From Rickettsia typhi (GTDB lineage: Bacteria > Pseudomonadota > Alphaproteobacteria > Rickettsiales > UBA1997): a stretch of 64,000 nucleotides of DNA. Position 1 is the first letter of the stretch; each line of letters starts with the position of its first letter. Below the pieces are notes generated by a model. It had not been told where the DNA came from. It did no database searches and saw nothing but the letters and a program-made list of their open reading frames with translations. Below are positions 30,950 to 38,641 of this stretch, one piece after another. The position numbers and the translations under genes are program-made. Where the stretch lies: positions 5,678-69,677 of the forward strand of contig CAMAYG010000006.1 in NCBI GenBank assembly GCA_945862535.1. Direction: 5' to 3'.

Positions 30950-32250
30950 AATATAGGGTTTTTATAATTGCGGGCGAGGCTTCTGGCGACTTATTAGGAG
31001 AGAAAATCATCATTGCCATAAAAAATGAACTAACGGCAAGATTAAGCAATGACAATGCTGAATTCACTGGCATAGAATTCACTGGCATAGAATTCACTGG
31101 CATAGGCGGAGAATTAATGAAAAATCAGGGTCAAAAACAAATTTTTGGCATCGATCAGCTTTCTATAATGGGTTTTATCGAAATATTACCGCATCTATTC
31201 CGCATTATTAGGCTTATTAACTACACCGCCTCGGAAATAGTTGCTCAGAAGCCCGATCTACTAATTACCATCGATGCACCAGCATTTTCTTTTCGAGTGG
31301 CAAAAAAGGTAATGGAATTAGAACAAAAAAATCAATCAACTACTATTAAAAAAATTCACTTAATTGCCCCTTCAGTATGGGCATATGGTGCAAAAAGAGC
31401 AGAAAAAATTGCCAAAATTTACAACTTGTTATTAGCAATATTGCCATTCGAACCGCCATATTTCACTAAATACGGCTTAAAAACTACTTTCATCGGGCAT
31501 CCTATTGTTGAAAATATTACAAAAAACCTTAAGGAAGAAGCATTAGGAACAGAAGAAAACCATAAAATTATTGCCAAAAAAAATTTTGCTAAACAATTTC
31601 AAATTAGCGATTCCGATTTAGAAAGTTTCAATTTGGAAAAATTAATAATCATAACTCCCGGTAGTAGAATTAGCGAGGTTCAGAAAATATTTCCAATTTT
31701 TGTGGAGACAATCAATCTTTTAGCTCAAAAAGGTTTTAAAATCAGATTAGCAATATTTGTCTTGCCAAAAACATTAGCGATAGTTAGCGATATTGCCAAA
31801 AATCTTAATGTCGCCTATCACCTAATCCCACAAAATCAACAACAAACCGCACTACTAACAGCAGACTTTGCCTTAGCAAAATCTGGGACCAACAACCTAG
31901 AAATATCGCTCCATAAGATACCTTTGCTAATAGCTTATAAGGTTAATTGGCTTAGTTTTCTATATTTTAATGCCATTGTCAAAATTCGTTATGCTAACCT
32001 AATCAACATTCTTGCTAATAAAATTATTATTCCAGAGGCAATTCAAAAAGATTGCAACCCACAATTTTTATTGCATCATCTAGAAAATCTTATGACAAAT
32101 CCTAATATGGCACAAAAACAAATTAGCGAATCGCAAGAAATGCTAAAAATATTAGGCCTAAAATCTCTGACAAAACCAACAGAAAAGGCTGGAAAATCAA
32201 TAGTCGATCTCTTATTAGCAAAACAACACACAAAACAACAAACACTTTAA
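30946..32250 (+). CDS. lpxB: lipid-A-disaccharide synthase
   Basis: AGEASGDLLG, IDAP.F, APSVWA, ILPFE, GHP, PGSR, KSGT. Confidence 0.94.
   Translation: MKYRVFIIAGEASGDLLGEKIIIAIKNELTARLSNDNAEFTGIEFTGIEFTGIGGELMKNQGQKQIFGIDQLSIMGFIEILPHLFRIIRLINYTASEIVAQKPDLLITIDAPAFSFRVAKKVMELEQKNQSTTIKKIHLIAPSVWAYGAKRAEKIAKIYNLLLAILPFEPPYFTKYGLKTTFIGHPIVENITKNLKEEALGTEENHKIIAKKNFAKQFQISDSDLESFNLEKLIIITPGSRISEVQKIFPIFVETINLLAQKGFKIRLAIFVLPKTLAIVSDIAKNLNVAYHLIPQNQQQTALLTADFALAKSGTNNLEISLHKIPLLIAYKVNWLSFLYFNAIVKIRYANLINILANKIIIPEAIQKDCNPQFLLHHLENLMTNPNMAQKQISESQEMLKILGLKSLTKPTEKAGKSIVDLLLAKQHTKQQTL
31060..31104. repeat. in-frame 15-bp triple tandem repeat in lpxB (EFTGI x3)
   Basis: gaattcactggcata x3. Confidence 0.9.
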
Positions 32251-32269
32251 ATTAATATTTTAAATTAAT

Positions 32270-33835
32270 ATGACAAACCATCATTCAAACCAAGAAAATC
32301 AACCATCAAACAACAACATAACAGCCAAAAAGGTTGTATTATGTATATTAGACGGCTGGGGCATAGCAGACAAAAACTCGCCAAATAATGCTATTGCTAT
32401 GGCAAATCTTAAATTTTACCCACAATTAATTAATAATTATCCAAATTCTAGAATCGGCACTTCTGGCCTTGCAGTTGGCTTGCCAGAAGGTCAGATTGGC
32501 AATTCGGAAGTTGGGCACATAACAATTGGTGCGGGCAGAGTTATCTTCCAAGACTTACCAAGAATTAACCTTGCAATACAAGATAACAGCCTAGCAAATA
32601 ATCATTTAATTCAACAATTAATCAAAGATTTTGCCAATAATAGTAAAACTTGCCATCTTATTGGCTTGGTGTCCGATGGCGGAGTTCATTCACACATCGA
32701 TCACCTTATCTATTTAGCGAATTTATTGGTAAAAAATAATGTTAAGGTGCAAATTCATTGCTTTCTCGATGGTCGAGATGTTGCCCAAAAAAGTGCTAAA
32801 TTATATCTTGATAAGCTAAAAGATTTACCAATTGCCACAATTTCTGGTCGTTATTATGCCATGGATCGCGACAATAAATGGGACAGAATAAAATTATCGG
32901 CAGAAGTTATTTTGCAGGGCAACAATAATCACAACCCTGTTTTTAGTAATTTTAACGAACTAATTGCAGAACAATACCACAACAACATTACCGACGAATT
33001 CTTTAAACCAGCAACAAATATCAATTATCAAGGCACGAAAGATGGCGATGGGGTAATTTTTGTTAATTTTAGAGCGGATAGAGCTAGGCAAATCTCTTAT
33101 GCTCTTTTTGACTATAATTTTAAAGAAATAACTCTGCCAAAAACTAATTTTTCTTATAAAATATCTTTCACCGAATACTCAGGGCAACTTAATCAATGTA
33201 GCGAACAAATTTTCCCACCTCAAGTTATCAAAAATTCATTGGCAGAAATTTTGTCGAAAATAGGCAAAAAACAACTAAGAATTGCCGAAACAGAAAAATA
33301 TGCCCATGTAACCTTCTTTTTTTCTTGTGGCAAAGAAGAATGTTTTGCTGGCGAAGAGCGAATTTTAATACCATCGCCAAATGTTGCCACTTACGACTTA
33401 AAACCAGAAATGTCGGCAAATGAAGTTACAGAAGAGCTTTGCAAGGCAATAAATTCGAATAATTTCGACTTTATCGCCGTTAATTTTGCCAATGCCGATA
33501 TGGTTGGGCATAGCGGAAATCTTTCTGCCTCGATTCTTGCTTGCCAAAGCATCGACAAACAACTCGAAAAAATTGTTAATGAAGTTATAAAAAACGACTA
33601 CTACCTACTAATTACCGCCGACCATGGTAATATCGAGCAAATGACCGACAACAACAATAATCCTCACACTTGCCACACCACAAACCTAGTTCCGCTAATT
33701 CTAGTTGGCAATAATCTTGAAAACTACCGTCTAATTGACGGATCGTTGCAAGACATCGCCCCAACAATAATGTCGCTATTAAATATCACCAAGCCAAAAG
33801 AAATGACAGGTAAGAATTTAGAGGCAAAAATCTAG
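32270..33835 (+). CDS. gpmI: 2,3-bisphosphoglycerate-independent phosphoglycerate mutase
   Basis: ILDGWG, GNSEVGH, GRYYAMDRD, AETEKYAHVT, DMVGH, TADHGN. Confidence 0.97.
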   Translation: MTNHHSNQENQPSNNNITAKKVVLCILDGWGIADKNSPNNAIAMANLKFYPQLINNYPNSRIGTSGLAVGLPEGQIGNSEVGHITIGAGRVIFQDLPRINLAIQDNSLANNHLIQQLIKDFANNSKTCHLIGLVSDGGVHSHIDHLIYLANLLVKNNVKVQIHCFLDGRDVAQKSAKLYLDKLKDLPIATISGRYYAMDRDNKWDRIKLSAEVILQGNNNHNPVFSNFNELIAEQYHNNITDEFFKPATNINYQGTKDGDGVIFVNFRADRARQISYALFDYNFKEITLPKTNFSYKISFTEYSGQLNQCSEQIFPPQVIKNSLAEILSKIGKKQLRIAETEKYAHVTFFFSCGKEECFAGEERILIPSPNVATYDLKPEMSANEVTEELCKAINSNNFDFIAVNFANADMVGHSGNLSASILACQSIDKQLEKIVNEVIKNDYYLLITADHGNIEQMTDNNNNPHTCHTTNLVPLILVGNNLENYRLIDGSLQDIAPTIMSLLNITKPKEMTGKNLEAKI

Positions 33836-33865
33836 AGGCAGAAATCTAGAGGCAGAAAATTAGCA

Positions 33866-34218
33866 GTTGAAACAGTCTGTTGCCAACAATTTCCTCCACC
33901 GTCATCCTTGCGCGAAGTCGCGAGTATCCAGAGTAATGAAATCAATATTAAACAGCATTCTGCTAAAATGTATTTACTATCTATGGATCCTGCAACTTCA
34001 TGCAGGATGACGACGGGGGAATGCAGCAGGAATAGAAGTAGCCCCATTCATTCGGCAACAGACTGTTTCAACCCCTTGTCTCGTCACGAAGGCGGACGAA
34101 ATGAGATCGGCAACAAAAAAGGCAGTAAAAATAAGTGCAACGAAAATGACATAAACAGTCCGACTGTTTATTATGCCGATATAATTTGGGGGCTAGAACC
34201 CTTGTTGCCGATAGAAAG
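33866..34218. repeat. nested repeat cluster: complete family A element (33901-34011) inside family C ends
   Basis: A element has inverted GTCATCC / GGATGAC ends; perfect 19-bp IR gttgaaacagtctgttgcc (33866-33884) / ggcaacagactgtttcaac (34054-34072); C element at 34051-34218. Confidence 0.8.
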
Positions 34219-34366
34219 TGTTATAAAGTAGCAATACTTCACTGACCTTTAATTTACAAGTTTGAAAAGAGATTTTGACAGCTGTGGGTTGAAAATAATG
34301 GCTCAATGTCTCGATAATTATCAATACAAATTTATTTTCACTCGACATAAAACTCCTCAAAAGATT

Positions 34367-34422
34367 AAAAATAAAAAACCGTGTAGAGCCAGTAAATAGA
34401 AGGCTTCACACGGTTTTATTTT
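34367..34422 (-). terminator. rho-independent terminator downstream of the RT gene
   Basis: stem aaaaccgtgt..agcc / ggct..acacggtttt followed by a U-tract on the minus strand. Confidence 0.75.
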
Positions 34423-34446
34423 ACCTTAAAAAAAGCGTCTAGCAAG

Positions 34447-35454
34447 CTAATTAGTATTATTTTTGGGTATTGCGGCAAACTTACCAACCTCTATCTGCCT
34501 AGCTTCGCTTAGGTAACTGTTTAATTTAGCAGTTTCTTCTTTGGTCTTATTCTTTTTATTTTTTAAATCATGAATCTTGAGATGGCTTCTATTTCTGAGT
34601 TTTAATTCACCTTTGGGGGTTATGACAATTCCGGTTATTTCTTTATTGTCGCTTGGCTGGTAAACTTTGAATTTCTTTTTGTTGTAGCTTAGCCCATGCT
34701 TTACGATGATTTTTTTTGCTTCCTCCGCCACTTTTACGGCATTGTCACCTGATATAATAATATCATCTACCCACAGCGACATTTTACATCTATAATTACT
34801 GGAAATCTCGTCTATCTCATCAAACATTTTTTTATTGGCATAATATGCCATAACCATGCTTACCGGAGAGCCAGTAGGTAAGTGATTTTTAAATGTTAAT
34901 ATTTGTGCAAAAATCTTGGCTACAGGTGTCCGGCATTTTAAATCTTTTTCAAAAAAGTTGAATATTGACTCAAATGTAACTGATGGGAAAAATCCCTTAA
35001 GATCAAGCTTAACTAAATACTTATCGCTATTTTCTAAGTGAAATTTTGCGTTATCTAGACAGCTTCTTCCTTTAGTTCCGGAGAATAAATATTCTTTTGT
35101 TTGGATTGATGAGAGCAAAAAAGATAAGCGTTGATGAATTTTATATAACCCTTCTTTTTTATTTCCCTTTGGAGTTTGGCATAATCTTTCTTTTACTGCG
35201 GCGATAGCAAACTTTTTGCCGTTAGGCATCTCTATCTTTTCTCGAATATTTTTATCATTTAGTTCGGCATAATCTTTCACTCTTACCAAACGATAATCTT
35301 TGACTGCTGATTCTATGAAATTTTTGTCATTGGAGCTGCTGATTTCTTCAAGAGTTGAAACATTCACTCCAAGTATTTCAGATAACTTCTTTTTGCTCGG
35401 AAGCTTGTAAAAGCAGGACTTTTCTAACGGATATTTTTTATTACTTTTTTTCAT
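34447..35454 (-). CDS. retron-type reverse transcriptase
   Basis: NAKFH (region X NAxxH), KLDLKGFFPSV, LPTGSPVS, LWVDDIIISG (YxDD equivalent), EITGIVI (region Y VTG-like); 335 aa with no maturase or endonuclease domain. Confidence 0.9.
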   Translation of the reverse strand: MKKSNKKYPLEKSCFYKLPSKKKLSEILGVNVSTLEEISSSNDKNFIESAVKDYRLVRVKDYAELNDKNIREKIEMPNGKKFAIAAVKERLCQTPKGNKKEGLYKIHQRLSFLLSSIQTKEYLFSGTKGRSCLDNAKFHLENSDKYLVKLDLKGFFPSVTFESIFNFFEKDLKCRTPVAKIFAQILTFKNHLPTGSPVSMVMAYYANKKMFDEIDEISSNYRCKMSLWVDDIIISGDNAVKVAEEAKKIIVKHGLSYNKKKFKVYQPSDNKEITGIVITPKGELKLRNRSHLKIHDLKNKKNKTKEETAKLNSYLSEARQIEVGKFAAIPKNNTN

Positions 35455-35740
35455 CTTCTTTACAAATCCAATCTAGAAAATCGACAGCGGTTTTGGCTAA
35501 AAATAATTTAGCTTTTTTTCTTAAGCCTTTTTTATCCTTATATTCTTCTGCAAACAGCATTATAGACGATAGAGGTATGTCAAAAACATCGGAGTATTTT
35601 TGCAAAACTTCAAGAGTTGGGGTTTTGCTATTTGATTCTATTTCTGAAATGTAAGAGCGGGAAATGCCAAGATTTTCTGCTAACTCTAGTTGAGTTTGAT
35701 GATTAAAGATTCTGATGTGTTTTAGTATTGATCCTAGCAA
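35441..35740 (-). CDS. XRE/Cro-C1 helix-turn-helix protein coupled to the RT
   Basis: LKHIR..TQLELAENLGISRSYISEIE...KTP; TTG start with AAGGA SD; 14-bp overlap with the RT start. Confidence 0.88.
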   Translation of the reverse strand: MLGSILKHIRIFNHQTQLELAENLGISRSYISEIESNSKTPTLEVLQKYSDVFDIPLSSIMLFAEEYKDKKGLRKKAKLFLAKTAVDFLDWICKEDEKK

Positions 35741-35779
35741 TGTTGATGTCCTTAAAATTGTAAAAACGGAGTAGAAGTT

Positions 35780-35899
35780 TTAACTAAAGAAATCGATGAC
35801 CTTATTAATCGTATCAACTACTGTAAAAACGATTTTTAAAGTAGTTGGGTTTAATAATTTCTTCCTTAGTGGCTTTTGTTTTTTTCTATTTTTTGACAT
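35780..35899 (-). CDS. unannotated 39-aa peptide, candidate retron effector (MSKNRKKQKPLRKKLLNPTTLKIVFTVVDTINKVIDFFS)
   Basis: hand-translated ATG 35899 to TAA 35780; basic N-half and amphipathic/hydrophobic C-half; 39 bp upstream of the HTH gene. Confidence 0.6.
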   Translation of the reverse strand: MSKNRKKQKPLRKKLLNPTTLKIVFTVVDTINKVIDFFS

Positions 35900-36210
35900 A
35901 ATTTTAAAAATAAAATTATGACACAAAGGTGTGTCGCCCCGACTAAACGAAATGAATCAGTCGCCTCAAAACCAACGACATTTCCTTTAGTTACTCTCTA
36001 GGACGATCAGACGGTAAAAACAAAAGCCGCTTCCACTCCATTTACCCAGATTCACATTACCACTATAATACCGATAGCGTAACCTAATATAAATTAGATC
36101 TGATTTCCTACACATTGTCTTATGCGCAGAAAGGGAGTTAAGATACTTATTCAGCATCTCGTGAGCAAATGAATGCTCAAAAAAACATGAGAGTTATCCG
36201 CCTTTCACCT
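35900..36210 (-). ncRNA. candidate retron ncRNA / structured leader
   Basis: higher-GC intergenic tract with hairpins at 35897-35920, 35920-35935, 35940-35963 and 36162-36179; lies between a promoter and the retron operon; msr/msd boundaries not resolved. Confidence 0.55.
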
Positions 36211-36214
36211 TACA

Positions 36215-36270
36215 CTATTTTCACCACGATAAAATCTTTGTCAATAAAAATGTTGCTGTAAGCGACATTT
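36215..36270 (-). promoter_or_regulatory. sigma70-like promoter with adjacent palindromic operator
   Basis: TTGACA at 36244-36239 (minus strand), weak -10 (GAAAAT); imperfect palindrome AAATGTTGCT-GTA-AGCGACATTT at 36248-36270. Confidence 0.5.
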
Positions 36271-36578
36271 AATTTTCTGCAAGATAGCGACAAGTTTGCA
36301 AATGAGACAAAAATTTTGCTCGTAGAAGTGCTTTGATAATTTTAGGTGAGACATCGTGAAGCCACTGTTTTAGAGGCTAAACTGTTTGAGAAAGGTTAAG
36401 CATATTCGGAGAAACGGAGAGAAAAATACCGAGAAATTGGCGGAAATTCTGAATTGCGGAGAAGAAGCAGTTAAGGCAAATCAAAAAATACAACCCCCTT
36501 GATCCCGCAAATACAGAGATTGGAGGGGATATAAAAAATTACAAAAACTGAGCGAAAATAGTTTTTGAACTAGAATTT

Positions 36579-36671
36579 TGGCGGAAGAAGAGGGATTCGA
36601 ACCCTCGATAAAGCTTTGGACCCTATACACACTTTCCAGGCGTGCGCCTTCAACCACTCGGCCATTCTTCC
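36579..36671 (-). tRNA. tRNA-Ser(GGA)
   Basis: GGAAGAATGGCCGAGTGGTTGAAGGCG, anticodon loop CT-GGA-AA, long variable arm, GGTTCGAATCC, CCA end. Confidence 0.95.
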
Positions 36672-36715
36672 TTAGTTGTTTTGCAAAGTTAATAGTTGTT
36701 ATTTTAGCAACTAAA

Positions 36716-37693
36716 CTAGCTAATAATATTAAAGTTTTTGCAAAAACTTTCGATTTCAGACATTTCCAATAAGGGGAAAGTTTTGAAATCGGGGTTGGTT
36801 CTGGTTGCTAAACCGCATAAAACCTTTCCCGCACCAATTTCTACAATGTTTTCTATATTATTGTCTTGCATAAAAATCATCGTTTCTCTCCAGCGGACAG
36901 AAGAAGTTACTTGTTTAGTCAAGAGTTGTGAGATTGCTAAGTTATCTGCGACAATATTTGCAGTAACATTTGCCACAACCGGCACCGATGGATTATTAAA
37001 ATTAACTTCTTTTAAGGCATTTGCCATAATATCAGATGCATTATTCATTAACTCGGAATGAAAGGCACCGCTTACTGGCAAAATAATAACTTTTCTTATT
37101 CCTAAATCTTTAGCAATTGCCACTGCCCTTTCAATTGCACTGCGATGACCGCTAATAACAATTTGCCCGCTCGAATTATCGTTGGCAATTTGGCAAAGTT
37201 CTACGATGCCGTTATCTGCAACACTGGCTTTTTTGGTAAGATCTAGCACTAATTCAACTTCGGCACCAATAACGGCGGCCATGGCACCATTATTTTCTAG
37301 CCCGCATTTTGCCATTGCATTACCGCGAATTTTTAATAGATTGGTAGCCTCTTTGATGCTAATAGATTTAGTGGAAGCCAATGCCGAATATTCGCCCAAA
37401 GAATGCCCTGCAACTAACGAGGCTATATTGTGAACCGGTAAAGAGAAATCTTGCTCTAAAACCCTAATAACCGCCAAGGAAACCGCCATAAGAGCTGGTT
37501 GAGCATTTTCTGTTTTGGTTAGCTCGGCAATGTCGCCATTGAAAATAATATTCGACAAATTATAGCCTAAAACTTCGTCGACTAGTTGAAAAACCTCTTT
37601 CGCAGCCACAGAATTTTGATATAGTCCGTAGCCCATACCAATAAATTGAGAGCCTTGACCAGGGAAAACTAATGCAGTATTTTCTTTTTTCAT
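36716..37693 (-). CDS. fabD: malonyl CoA-ACP transacylase
   Basis: FPGQGSQ, GHSLGEY, VSGAFHS, VRW. Confidence 0.96.
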   Translation of the reverse strand: MKKENTALVFPGQGSQFIGMGYGLYQNSVAAKEVFQLVDEVLGYNLSNIIFNGDIAELTKTENAQPALMAVSLAVIRVLEQDFSLPVHNIASLVAGHSLGEYSALASTKSISIKEATNLLKIRGNAMAKCGLENNGAMAAVIGAEVELVLDLTKKASVADNGIVELCQIANDNSSGQIVISGHRSAIERAVAIAKDLGIRKVIILPVSGAFHSELMNNASDIMANALKEVNFNNPSVPVVANVTANIVADNLAISQLLTKQVTSSVRWRETMIFMQDNNIENIVEIGAGKVLCGLATRTNPDFKTFPLLEMSEIESFCKNFNIIS

Positions 37694-38190
37694 AAATTAG
37701 TTTGCAATAATTTTATTTGATTATTTTGCTTATTAGCAGTTTTTCTTAATAAGAATTTTATATCGGTGATAAAGTCTGCCAATAACGGAATTTTATTAGT
37801 TTTTTTAACTATAAAGATGTAATCGAAATTTGACTCGAATAACGGAGAACCGCTATTAGTTTTTGTGCTATTAGAATTTTGGTCTTTTGCTTGGCTTGAT
37901 TTAGTTTTGCTTAATCTTGCCTCGCTTAATTTATTAATTTCACTAACTGCAACACGAAGCCTTCTCTTGCAAAGGTTGCGGACAGTAGCATTTCCTACAA
38001 TTTTGCTAACAGTATAGCCAACACGAAATAATTTCTTGCTGTTATTGTGGTTTTTTAGCGATCTGTCCGATTCTATAACTTTGTCGAAAGAGGTTTTAAA
38101 GACAATAATGTTGTGAGAATGAAATTTTATACCAGAGGTTTTAGCAATAGCAAAAACCTTGCTTTTCTTAATAGTGCAATATTCTAGCAA
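37690..38190 (-). CDS. rnpA: ribonuclease P protein component (with low-complexity insertion)
   Basis: RVGYTVSKIVGNATVRNLCKRRLR; follows rpmH. Confidence 0.88.
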   Translation of the reverse strand: MLEYCTIKKSKVFAIAKTSGIKFHSHNIIVFKTSFDKVIESDRSLKNHNNSKKLFRVGYTVSKIVGNATVRNLCKRRLRVAVSEINKLSEARLSKTKSSQAKDQNSNSTKTNSGSPLFESNFDYIFIVKKTNKIPLLADFITDIKFLLRKTANKQNNQIKLLQTNL

Positions 38191-38204
38191 GAGCTAGACT
38201 AAGG

Positions 38205-38339
38205 TTAAACAGTAAGAGAAGCTCTGCCTTTAGCTCTTCTGCGAGCTAAAACTTTACGGCCACCAACGGTTGCCATTCTAGAGCGAAAGCCATGCCTTCT
38301 TTTTCTAACGATTTTGCTTGGTTGCCAAGTTCTTTTCAT
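38205..38339 (-). CDS. rpmH: 50S ribosomal protein L34 (missing from the ORF track)
   Basis: hand translation [44 protein letters not shown]. Confidence 0.97.
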   Translation of the reverse strand: MKRTWQPSKIVRKRRHGFRSRMATVGGRKVLARRRAKGRASLTV

Positions 38340-38641
38340 GATGATATAAGGTTAGATTTAATAAATTAAACTGATTAAAAACAACAATTATAGAGGCAGA
38401 AATAAAAAATCAAGCCATATTAAATATTTTTTACAACTAATTAACTAAGCTTTAGCATTATTTAGCAAAGTTTTACAAAACAAGCTTGACTATATTGGCA
38501 ACTTGCTTTTAATTATTGTTTCAATTATTTTCTATGAGCAGTAGATTCTAAGGGCAATAATTGTATAAGGGCAATAATTGCAAGGGCGGACAAATTATCA
38601 TCAAACTACCAAAATAAACTACCAAATTAAAATACCAAAAA

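Noticed and set aside
34447-35454. Group II intron, DGR or CRISPR-associated RT
   Set aside because: No maturase domain or intron domain V/VI seen, no TR/VR pair or avd, no cas1; NAxxH and ITG motifs favour a retron.
36578-36772. 64-aa ORF MAEEEGFEPS
   Set aside because: Antisense reading of tRNA-Ser.
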